Source of the DNA: the human T2T-CHM13v2.0 reference genome, Homo sapiens
DNA length: 64,000 nt
NCBI RefSeq assembly: GCF_009914755.1
Contig: NC_060946.1
Direction: 5' to 3' (one strand)
Position 1 is the first letter of the stretch, and every line of letters begins with the position of its first letter. The notes under the pieces were generated by a model. That model had not been told where the DNA came from. It ran no database searches and was given only the letters and a program-made list of their open reading frames with translations. Position numbers and translations under genes: made by a program. Below, piece by piece: positions 40,501 through 53,200 of this stretch.

Positions 40501-43500
40501 TATAACTCTTCTCTAGGGTCTGCCTACAGGGTGCTTTGTGACATATCCCTGCACTGATCACCCAGGTGACCTAACTCTGGTCTAAGCTCTGCCTAAAGGG
40601 GCATTGTGACAGATTTCTGCACTGATCACTCCGGTGATGTAACTATTGTCTAGGCTCTGCTTAAAGGGGCCTTGTCACATATCCCTGCACTGATCACCCA
40701 GGTGATGTAACTCTTGTCTAGGCTCTGCTTCCAGGGCATATTGTGACATAACTATGCACTGATCACCTTAGTGATGTAACACTTGTGTAGGCTCGGCCTA
40801 CAGAGGAATCTTGACATATCTCTGCAATGTTAAACGAGGTGATTTAACTCTTGTCTAGGCTGTGCCCACAGGGGGATTGAGACATATCTCTGCACTGATC
40901 CCGAGGTGATCCAACTCTTGCCTGGTCTCTGCCTACTGTGGACATTGTGACATATCTCTGCACTGATCTCCCAGGTGCTGTAACTTTAGTCTAGGCTCCG
41001 GCTACAAGGCATTGTGACATATCACTGCACTGATCACCCAGGCGATATAACTCTTCTCTAGGATCTGACCACAGGGTGCTTTGTGACATATCCCTGCAAT
41101 GATCACCCAGGTGATATACCACTTGCCAAGGCTCTGCCTACAGGGGCATTGCAATGTATCTCTGCACTGATCACCTAGGTCTTGTAGCTATTTTCTAGGA
41201 TCTGCCTACAGGGTGCTTTGTGACGTGTCCCAACAAGGATTACCCAGGTGATGTACCTCTCATCAAGGCTCTGCCTACGGGCACATTGTGATGTATCTCT
41301 GCACTGATCACCTAGGTCATGTAACTTTGTTCTAGGCTCTACCTACGATGGCATTGTGACATATCTCTGCAATAATCATCCAAGTGATGTAACTCTTGTC
41401 TAGGATGTGCCTAAATTAACTTTTTGACATAACCCTGTACTGATCATCCAGGTGAGGGAGCTTTTGTCTAGGCTCTGCCTAAGGGGGCATTGTGACATAT
41501 TTCTGCATTGATCACCCAGGTGGTGAACTCTTCTCTCGGATCTGCCTATGGGGGCATTGTGAGAAATCTCTGCACTGATCACCCAGGTGATGTAACTGTT
41601 GTGTAACCTCTGCCTACAGGGGAATTCTGAGAGATCTCGTCACTGATTACCCAAGTGATGTAACCATTGTCTAGGCTTTGCGTACAGGGGGCTTTGTGAC
41701 ATACCTTTGCACTGATCACCCAGGTGATGTAACACATCTAAGTTCGGCCTAAAAGAGCTTTGTGACATATCTCTGCACTGATCTCTTAGGTGATGTAACA
41801 CTTTTATAATCACTGCCTACAGGGAATTTTGACAAATCTCTGCACTGATCACCTAGTTGATGTAACTCTTGTCTACCCTCTGTCCAACGGGACATTGTGA
41901 AATATCTCTGCACTGATCACCCAGGTGATTCAACTCTTGATTAGGAACTGCCTACAGAGGTTATTGTGAAATATCTCTGCACTGATAAACTAGGTGGGGT
42001 AACCCCTGTCCAAGCTCTGCCTACAGGGGCGTTTCCACATATCCCTGAACTGATGACAAAGGTGATGTAACTCTTGCCTAGGCTTTGCCCACAAGGAACA
42101 TTGGACATATATCTGCACTGATCACCCAGGTGATGCAACTCTTGCCTAGGCTTTGCCTACAGGGGACATTGTGACATATCTCTTCAATGATCACTCATGT
42201 GATGCATCTCTTGCCTAGGCTTTGCCTACAGGGGACATTGTGACATATCTCTGCACTGATCTCCCAGGTGCTGTAACTTTAGTCTAGGCTCTGGCTACAC
42301 GGCATTGTGACACATCACTGCACTGATCAACCAGGTGATATAACTCTTGTATAGGCTCTGCCTAAAGTGGGATTGTGACCTACCTCTGCACTGATCAGCC
42401 AGGTGATATAACTCTTCTCTAGGATCTGCCTACAGGGTACTTTGTGACATATCCCTGCACTGATCAACCAGGTGATCTAACTGTGGTCTAAGCTCTGCCT
42501 AAAGGGGCATTGTGACAGATCTCTGCACTGATCAGTCTGGTGATGTAAGTATTGTCTAGGCTCTGCTTCAAGGGGCCTTGTCACATATCTCTGCACTGAT
42601 CACCCAGGTGATGTAACTCTTGTCTAGGCTCTGCTTCCAGGGCATATTGTGACATATCTATGCACTGATCACCTTAGTGATGTAACATTTTGGTAGGCTC
42701 GGCCTACAGGGGAATCTTGACGTATCTCTGCACTGTTAACCGAGGTGATTTAACTCTTGTCTAGGCTGTGCCCACAGGGGGATTGAGACATAACTCTGCA
42801 CTGATCCCGAGGTGATACAACTCTTGCCTGGTCTCTGCCTACTGTGGACATTGTGACATATCTCTGCACTGATCTCCCAGGTGCTGTAACTTTAGCCTAG
42901 GCTCCGGCTACACGGCATTGTGACATATCACTGCACTGATCACCCAGGCGATATAACTCTTCTCTAGGATCTGACCACAGGGTGCATTGTGACATATCCC
43001 TGCAATGATCACCCAGGTGATATACCACTTGCCAAGGCTCTGCCTACAGGAGCATTGCAATGTATCTCTGCACTGATCACCTAGGTCTTGTAGCTCTTTT
43101 CTAGGATCTGCCTACAGGGTGCTTTGTGACGTGTCCCAGCAAGGATTACCCAGGTGATGTACCTCCCATCAATGCTCTGCCTACAGGCACATTGTGATGT
43201 ATCTCTGCACTGATCACCTCGGTCATGTAACTTTTTTCTGGGCTCTACCTACGATGGCATTGTGACATATCTCTGCACTAATCATCCAAGTGATGTAACT
43301 CTTGTCTAGGATGTGCCTAAATTAACTTTTTGACATAACCCTGTACTGATCATCCAGGTGATGGAGCTTTTGTCTAGGCTCTGCCTAAGGGGGCATTGTG
43401 ACATATTTCTGCATTGATCACCCAGGTGGCGAACTCTTCTCTCGGATCTGCCTATGTGGGCATTGTGAGAAATCTCTGCACTGATCACCCAGGTGATGTA

Positions 43501-46500
43501 ACTGTTGTGTAACCTCTGCCTACAGGTTAATTGTGAGAGATCTCGTCACTGATTACTCAAGTGATGTAACCATTGTCTAGGCTTTGCGTACAGGGGGCTT
43601 TGTGACATACCTTTGCACTGATCACCCAGGTGATGTAACACATCAAAGTTCGGCCTAAAGGAGCTTTGTGATATATCTCTGCACTGATCACTTAGGTGAT
43701 GTAACACTTTTATAATCACTGCCTACAGGGAATTTTGACAAATCTCTGCACTGATCACCTAGGTGATGTAACTCTTGTCTACCCTCTGTCCAACGGGGCA
43801 TTGTGAAATGTCTCTTCACTGATCACCCAGGTGATTCAACTCTTGACTAGGAACTGCCTACAGAGGTTATTGTGAAATATCTGTGCACTGATAAACTAGG
43901 TGAGGTAACCCTTGTCCAAGCTCTGCCTACAGGGGCGTTTCCAGATATCCCTGAACTGATGACAAAGGTGATGTAACTCTTGCCTAGGCTTTGCCTACAG
44001 GGAACATTGGACATATATCTGCACTGATCACCCAGGTGATGCAACTCTTGCCTAGGCTTTGCCTACAGGGGACATTGTGACATATCTCTTCAATGATCAC
44101 TCATGTGATGCATCTCTTGCCTAGGCTTTGCCTACAGGCGACATTGTGACACATCTCTGCACTGATCTCCCAGGTGCTGTAACTTTAGTCTAGGCTCTGG
44201 CTACACGGCATTGTGACATATCACTGCACTGATCAACCAGTTGATATAACTCTTGTATAGGCTCTGCCTACAGGGGGATTGTGACCTACCTCTGCACTGA
44301 TCACCCAGGTGATATAACTCTTCTCTAGTATCTGACTACAGGGTACTTTGTGACATATCCCTGCACTGATCACCCAGATGATCTAACTCTGGTCTAAGCT
44401 CTGCGTAAAGGGGCATTGTGACAGATCTCTGCACTGATCCCTCTGGTGATGTAAGTATTGTCTAGGCTCTGCTTCAAGGGGCCTTGTCACATATCTCTGC
44501 ACTGATCATCCAGGTGATGTAACTCTTGTCTAGGCTCTGCTTCCAGGGCATATTGTGACATATCTATGCACTGATCACGTTAGTGATGTAACACTTTGGT
44601 AGGCTCGGCCTACAGGGGAATCTTGACATATCTCTGCACTGTTAACCGAGGTGAATTAACCCTTGTCTAGGCTGTGCCCACAGGGGGATTGAGACATATC
44701 TCTGCACTGATCCCGAGGTGATACAACTCTTGCCTGGTCTCTGCCTACTGTGGACATTGTGACATATCTCTGCACTGATCTCCCAGGTGCTGTAACTTTA
44801 GTCTAGGCTCCGGCTACAAGGCATTGTGACATACCACTGCACTGATCACCCAGGCGATATAACTCTTCTCTAGGATCTGACCACAGGGTGCTTTGTGACA
44901 TATCCCTGCAATGATCACCCAGGTGATATACCACTTGCCAAGGCTCTGCCTACAGGGGCATTGCAATGTATCTCTGCACTGATCACCTAGGTCTTGTAGC
45001 TATTTTCTAGGACCTGCCTACAGGGTGCTTTGTGACGTGTCCCAGCAAGGATTACCCAGGTGATGTACCTCTCATCAAGGCTCTGCCTACAGGCACATTG
45101 TGATGTATCTCTGCACTGATCACCTCGGTCATGTAACTTTTTTCTAGGCTCTACCTACGATGGCATTGTGACATATCTCTGCACTAATTATCCAAGTGAT
45201 GTAACTCTTGTCTAGGATGTGCCTAAATTAACTTTTTGACATAACCCTGTACTGATCATCCAGGTGATGGAGCTTTTGTCTAGGCTCTGCCTAAGGGGGC
45301 ATTGTGACATATTTCTGCATTGATCACCCAGGTGGCGAACTCTTCTCTCGGATCTGCCTATGGGGGCATTGTGAGAAATCTCTGCACTGATCACCCAGGT
45401 GATGTAACTGTTGTGTAACCTCTGCCTACAGGGGAATTCTGAGAGATCTCGTCACTGATTACCCAAGTGATGTAACCATTGTCTAGGCTTTGCGTACAGG
45501 GGGCTTTGTGACATACCTTTGCACTGATCACCCAGGTGATGTAACACATCTAAGTTCGGCCTAAAGGAGCTTTGTGACACATCTCTGCATTGATCACTTA
45601 GGTGATGTAACACTTTTATAATCACTGCCTACAGGGAATTTTGACAAATCTCTGCACTGATCACCTAAGTGATCTAACTCTTGTCTACCCTCTGTCCAAC
45701 GGGGCATTGTGAAATATCTCTGCACTGATCACCCAGGTGATTCAACTCTTGACTAGGAACTGCCTACAGAGGTTATTGTGAAATATCTCTGCACTGATAA
45801 ACTAGGTGGTGTAACCCTTGTCCAAGCTCTGCCTACAGGGGCGTTTCCACATATCCCTGAACTGGTGACAAAGGTGATGTAACACTTGCCTTGGCTTTGC
45901 CTACAGGGAACATTGGACATATATCTGCACTGATCTCCCAGGTGATGCAACTCTTGCCTAAGCTTTGCCTACAGGGGACATTGTGACATATCTCTTCAAT
46001 GATCACTCATGTGATGCATCTCTTGCCTAGGCTTTGCCTACTGGGGACATTGTGACATATCTCTGCACTGATCTCCCAGGTGCTGTAACTTTAGTCTAGG
46101 CTCTGGCTACACGGCATTGTGACATATCACTGCACTGATCAACCAGGTGTTATAACTCTTGTATAGGCTCTGCCTACAGGGGGTTTGTGACCTACCTCTG
46201 CACTCATCACCCAGGTGATATAACTCTTCTGTAGGATCTGCCTACAGGGTACTTTGTGACATATCGCTGCACTGATCACCCAGGTGATCTAACTCTGGTC
46301 TAAGCTCTGCCTAAAGGGGCATTGTGACAGATCTCTGCACTGCTCCCTCTGGTGATGTAAGTATTGTCTAGGCTCTGCTTCAAGGGACCTTGTCACATAT
46401 CTCTGCACTGATCACCCAGGTGATGTAACTCTTGTCTAGGCTCTGCTTCCAGGCCATATTGTGACATATCTATGCACTGATCACCTTAGTGATGTAAAAC

Positions 46501-49449
46501 TTTGGTAGGCTCGGCCTACAGGGGAATCTTGACATATCTCTGCACTGTTAAACGAGGTGATTTTTCTCTTGTCTAGGCTGTGCCCACAGGGGTATTGAGA
46601 CATATCTCTGCACTGATCCCGAGGTGATACAACTCTTGCCTGGTCTCTGCCTACTGTGGACATGGGGACATATCTCTGCACTGATCTCCCAGGTGCTGTA
46701 ACTTTAGTGTAGGCTCTGGCTACCCGGCATTGTGACATATCACTGCACTGATCACCCAGGCGATATAACTCTTCTCTAGGATCTGACCGCAGGGTGCTTT
46801 GTGACATATCCCTGCAATGATCACCCAGGTGATATACCACTTGCCAAGGCTCTGCCTACAGGGGCATTGCAATGTATCTCTGCACTGATCACCTAGGTGT
46901 TGTAGCTATTTTCTAGGATCTGCCTGCAGGGTGATTTGTGACGTGTCCCAGGAAGGATTACCCAGGTGATGTACCTCTCATCAAGGCTCTGCCTACAGGC
47001 ACATTGTGATGTATCTCTGCACTGATCACCTAGGTCATGTAAGTTTTTTCTAAGCTCTACCTACGATGGCATTGTGACATATCTCTGCACTAATCATCCA
47101 AGTGATGTAACTCTTGTCTAGGATGTGCCTAAATTAACTTTTTGACATAACACTGTACTGATCATCCTGGTGATGCAGCTTTTGTCTAGGCTCTGCCTAA
47201 AGGGGCATTGTGACATATTTCTGCATTGATCACCCAGGTGGCGAAGTCTTCTCTCGGATCTGCCTATGGGGGCATTGTGAGAAATCTCTGCACTGATCAC
47301 CCAGGTGATGTAACTGTTGTGTAACCTCTGCCTACAGGGGAATTGTGAGAGATCTCGTCACTCATTACCCAAGTGATGTAACCATTGTCTAGACTTTGCG
47401 TACAGGGGGCTTTGTGACATATCTTTGCACTGATCACCCAGGTGATGTAACACATCTAAGTTCGGCCTAAAGGAGCTTTGTGACATATCTCTGCACTGAT
47501 CACTTAGGTGATGTAACACTTTTATAATCACTGCCTATAGGGAATTTTGACAAATCTCTGCACTGATCACCTAAGTGATGTAACTCTTGTCTACCCTCTG
47601 TCCAACGGGGCATTGTGAAATATCTCTGCACTGATCACGCAGGTGATTCAACTCTTGACTAGGAACTGCATACAGAGGTTATTGTGAAATATTTCTGCAC
47701 TGATAAACTAGGTGGTGTAACCCTTGTCCAAGCTCGGCCTACAGGGGCGTTTCCACATATCCCTGAACTGATGACAAAGGTGATGTAACTCTTGCCTAGG
47801 CTTTGCCTACAGGGAACATTGGACATATATCTGCACTGATCACCCAGGTGATGCAACTCTTGCCTAAGCTTTGCCTACAGGGGACATTGTGACATATCTC
47901 TTCAATGATCACTCATGTGATGCATCTCTTGCCTAGGCTTTGCCTACAGGGGACATTGTGACATATCTCTGCACTGATCTGCCAGGTGATGTAACTTTAA
48001 TCTAGGCTCTGGCTACACGGCATTGTGACATATCACTGCACTGATCAACCAGGTGATATAACTCTTGTATAGGCTCTGCCTACAGGGGGATCGTGACCTA
48101 CCTCTGTACTGATCACCCAGGTGATATAACTCTTCTCTAGGATCTGCCTACAGGGTGCTTTGTGACATATCCCTGCACTGATCACCCAGGTGATCTAACT
48201 CTGGTCTAAGCTCCGCCTAAAGGGGCATTGTGACAGATCTCTGCACTGATCACTCTGGTGATGTAAGTATTGTCTAGGCTCTGCTTCAAGGGGCCTTGTC
48301 ACATATCTCTGCACTGATTACCCAGGTGATGTAACTCTTGTCTAGGCTCTGCTTCCAGGGCATATTGTGACATATCTATGCACTGATCAACTTAGTGATG
48401 TAACACTTTGGTAGGCTCGGCCTACAGGAGAATCTTGACATATCTCTGCACTGTTAACCGAGGTGATTTAACTCTTGTCTAGGCTGTGCCCACAGAGGGA
48501 TTGAGACATATCTCTGCACTGATCCCGAGGTGATACAACTCTTGCCTGGTCTCTGCCTACTGTGGACATTGTGACATATCTCTGCACTGATCTCCCAGGT
48601 GCTGTAACTTTTTTCTTGGCTCCGGCTACACGGCATTGTGACATATCACTGCACTGATCACGCAGGCGATATAACTCTTCTCTAGGATCTGACCACAGGG
48701 TGCTTTGTGACATATCCCTGCAATGATCACCCAGGTGATATACCACTTGCCAAGGCTCTGCCTACTGGGGCATTGCAATGTATCTCTGCACTGATCACCT
48801 AGGTCTTGTAGCTATTTTCTAGGATCTACCTACAGGGTGCTTTGTGACGTGTCCCAGCAAGGATTACCCAGGTGATGTACCTCTCATCAAGGCTCTGCCT
48901 ACAGGCACATTGTGATGTATCTCTGCACTGATCACCTCGGTCATGTAACTTTTTTCTAGGCTCTACCTACGATGGCATTGTGACATATCTCTGCACTAAT
49001 CATCCAAGTGATGTAACACTTGTCTAGGATGTCCCTAAATTAACTTTTTGACATAACCCTGTACTGATCATCCAGGTGATGGAGCTTTTGTCTAGGCTCT
49101 GCCTAAGGGGGCATTGTGACATATTTCTGCATTGATCACACAGGTGGCGAACTCTTCTCTCGGATCTGCCTATGGGGGCATTGTGAGAAATCTCTGCACT
49201 GATCACCCAGGTGATGTAACTGTTGTGTAACCTCTGCCTACAGGTTAATTGTGAGAGATCTCGTCACTGATTACCCAAGTGATGTAACCATTGTCTAGGC
49301 TTTGCGTACAGGGGGCTTTGTGACATACCTTTGCACTGATCACCCAGGTGATGTAACACATCAAAGTTCGGCCTAAAGGAGCTTTGTGATATATCTCTGC
49401 CCTGATCATTTAAGTGATGTAACACTTTTATAATCACTGCCTACAGGGA

Positions 49450-52400
49450 ATTTTGACAAATCTCTGCACTGATCACCTAGGTGATGTAACTCTTGTCTAC
49501 CCTCCGTCCAACGGGGCATTGTGAAATATCTCAGCACTGAACACCCAGGTGAATCAACTCTTGACTAGGAACTGCCTACAGAGGTTATTGTGAAATATCT
49601 CTGCACTGATAAACTAGGTGGTGTAAACCTTGTCCAAGCTCTGCCTACAGGGGCGTTTCCACATATCCCTGAACTGACGACAAAGGTGATGTAACTCTTG
49701 CCTAGGATTTGCCTACAGGGAACATTGGACATATATCTGCACTGATCACCCAGGTGATGCAACTCTTGCCTAGGCTTTGCCTACAGGGGACACTGTGACA
49801 TATCTCTTCAATGATCACTCATGTGATGCATCTCTTGCCTAGGCTTTGCCAGCAGGGGACTTTGTGACATATCTCTGCACTGATCTCCCTGGTACTGTAA
49901 CTTTAGTCTAGGCTCTGGCTACACGGCATTGTGACATATCACTGCACTGATCAACCAGGTGATATAACTCTTGTATAGGCTCTGCCTACAGGGGGATTGT
50001 GACCTACCTCTGCACTGATCACCCAGGTGATATAACTCTTCTCTAGGATCTGCCTACAGGGTGCTTTGTGACATATCCCTGCACTGATCTCCCAGGTGAC
50101 CTAACTCTGGTCTAAGCTCTGCCTAAAGGGGCATTGTGACAGATCTCTGCACTGATCACTCAGGTGATGTAACTATTGTCTAGGCTCTGCTTAAAGGGGC
50201 CTTGTCACATATCCCTGCACTGATCACCCAGGTGATGTAACTCTTGTCTAGGCTCTGCTTCCAGGGCATATTGTGACATAACTATGCACTGACCACCTTA
50301 GTGATGTAACACTTGTGTAGGCTCGGCCTACAGAGGAATCTTGACATATCTCTGCCCTGTTAAACGAGGTGATTTAACTCTTGTCTAGGCTGTGCCCACA
50401 GGGGGATTGAGACATATCTCTGCACTGATCCTGAGGTGATCCAACTCTTGCCTGGTCTCTGCCTACTGGGGACATTGTGACATATCTCTGCACTGATCTC
50501 CCAGGTGCTGTAAATTTTGTCTAGGCTCTGGCTACACGGCATTGTGACTTATCACTGCACTGATCACCCAGGCGATACAACTCTTGTCTAGGCTCTGCCT
50601 ACAATGGTCTTGTGACATATCTCTGCACTGATCACCCAGGTGATATAACTCTTCTCTAGGATCTGACCACGGGGTGCTTTGTGACATATCCCTGCAAGGA
50701 TCACACAGGTGATATACCACTTGCCAAGGCTCTGCTTACAGGGGCATTGCAATGTATCTCTGCACTGATCACCTAGGACTTGTAGCTATTTTCTAGGATC
50801 TGCCTACAGGGTGCTTTGTGACGGGTCCCAGCAAGGATTACCCAGGTGATGTACCTCTCATCAAGGCTCTGCCTACAGGCACATTGCGATATATCTCTGC
50901 ACTGATCACCAAGGTCATGTAACTTTTGTCTAGGCTCTACCTACGATGGCATTGTGACATATCTCTGCACTAATCATCCAAGTGATGTAACACTTGTCTA
51001 GGATGTGCCTAAATTAACTTTTTGACATAACCCTGTACTGATCATCCAGGTGATGGGGCTTTTGTCTAGGCTCTGCCTAAGGGGGCATTGTGACATATTT
51101 CTGCATTGATCACCCAGGTGGCGAACTCTTCTCTCGGATCTGCCTATGGGGGCATTGTGAGAAATCTCTGCACTGATCACCCAGGTGATGTAACTGTTGA
51201 GTAACCTCTGCCAACAGGGGAATTGTGAGAGATCTCGCCACTGATTACCCAAGTGATGTAACCATTGTCTAGGCTTTGCGTACAGGGGGCTTTGTGACAT
51301 ACCTTTGCACTGATCACCCAGGTGATGTAACACATCTAAGTTCGGCCTAAAGGAGCTTTGTGACACATCTCTGCACTGATCACTTAGGTGATGTAACACT
51401 TTTATAATCACTGCCTACAGGGAATTTTGACAAATCTCTGCACTGATCACCTAGGTGATGTAACTCTTGTCTACCCTCTGTCCAACGGGGCATTGTGAAA
51501 TATCTCTGCACTGATCACCCAGGTGATTCAACTCTTGACTAGGAACTGCCTACAGAGGTTATTGTGAAATATCTCTGTACTGATAAACTAGGTTGTGTAA
51601 CCCTTGTCCAAGCTCTGCCTACAGGGGCGTTTCCACATATCCCTGAACTGATGACAAAGGTGATGTAACCCTTGCCTAGGCTTTGCCTACTGGGGTCATT
51701 GGACATATATCTGCACTGATCACCCAGGTGATGCAACTCTTGCCTAGGATTTGCCTACAGGGGACACTGTGACATAGCTCTTCAATGATCACTCATGTGA
51801 TGCATCTCTTGCCTAGGCTTTGCCAACAGGGGACATTGTGACATATCTCTGCACTGATCTCCCTGGTACTGTAACTTTAGTCTAGGCTCTGGCTACACGG
51901 CATTGTGACATATCACTGCACTGATCAACCAGGTGATATAACTCTTTTATAGGCTCTGCCTACAGGGGGATTGTGACCTACCTCTGCACTGATCACCCAG
52001 GTGATATAACTCTTCTCTAGGGTCTGCCTACAGGGTGCTTTGTGACGTATCCCTGCACTGATCACCCAGGTGACCTAACTCTGGTCTAAGCTCTGCCTAA
52101 AGGGGCATTGTGACAGATCTCTGCACTGATCACTCCGGTGATGTAACTATTGTCTAGGCTCTGCTTAAAGGGGCCTTGTCACATATCCCTGCACTGATCA
52201 CCCAGGTGATGTAACTCTTGTCTAGGCTCTGCTTCCAGGGCATATTGTGACATAACTATGCACGGATCACCTTAGTGATGTATCACTTGTGTAGGCTCGG
52301 CCTACAGAGGAATCTTGACATATCTCTGCACTGTTAAACGAGGTGATTTAACTCTTGTCTAGGCTGTGCCCACAGGGGGATTGAGACATATCTCTGCACT

Positions 52401-53200
52401 GATCCCGAGGTGATACAACTCTTGCCTGGTCTCTGCCTACTGTGGACATTGTGACATATCTCTGCATTGATCTCCCAGGTGCTGAAAATTTAGTCTAGGC
52501 TCCGGCTACAAGGCATTGTGACATATCACTGCACTGATCACCCAGGCGATATAACTCTTCTCTAGGATCTGACCACAGGGTGCTTTGTGACATATCCTTG
52601 CAATGATCACCCAGGTGATATACCACTTGACAAGGCTCTGCCTACAGGGGCATTGCAATGTATCTCTGCACTGATCACCTAGGTCTTGCAGCTATTTTCT
52701 AGGATCTGCCTACAGGGTGCTTTGTGACGTGTCCCAGCAAGGATTACCCAGGTGATGTACCTCTCATCAAGGCTCTGCCTACGGGCACATTGTGATGTAT
52801 CTCTGCACTGATCACCTAGGTCATGTAACTTTGTTCTAGGCTCTACCTACGATGGCATTGTGACATATCTCTTTAATAATCATCCAAGTGATGTAACTCT
52901 TGTCTAGGATGTGCCTAAATTAACTTTTTGACATAACCCTGTACTGATCATCCAGGTGAGGGAGCTTTTGTCTAGGCTCTGCCTAAGGGGGCATTGTGAC
53001 ATATTTCTGCATTGATCACCCAGGTGGTGAACTCTTCTCTCGGATCTGCCTATGGGGGCATTGTGAGAAATCTCTGCACTGATCACCCAGGTGATGTAAC
53101 TGTTGTGTAACCTCTGCCTACAGGGGAATTCTGAGAGATCTCGTCACTGATTACCCAAGTGATGTAACCATTGTCTAGGCTTTGCGTACAGGGGGCTTTG
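49450..53200. repeat. Copy of about 37.95-41.7 kb (offset 11504 bp)
   Basis: Shared private variants include CCCTCCGTCC, GTGAATCAAC, CTGACGACAAA, TGCCCTGTT, GACATAGCTC and GGTGAGGGAG. ORF pairs: 38061/49565, 39494/50998, 40035/51539 and 41400/52904. Confidence 0.88.

Larger units (their letters stand above)
9846..40920. repeat. HOR subtype B domain (29-mer, 1971-1974 bp)
   Basis: The anchor CTAGGATGTGCCTAAATTAAC occurs at 11324, 13297, 15271, 17242, 19216, 21189, 23163, 25134, 27108, 29082, 31056, 33030, 35002, 37520 and 39494. Diagnostic states include GACTAGGAACTG, TTAAACGAGG, GGTGACCTAAC, CATAACTATG and GACGGGTCC. Confidence 0.9.
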
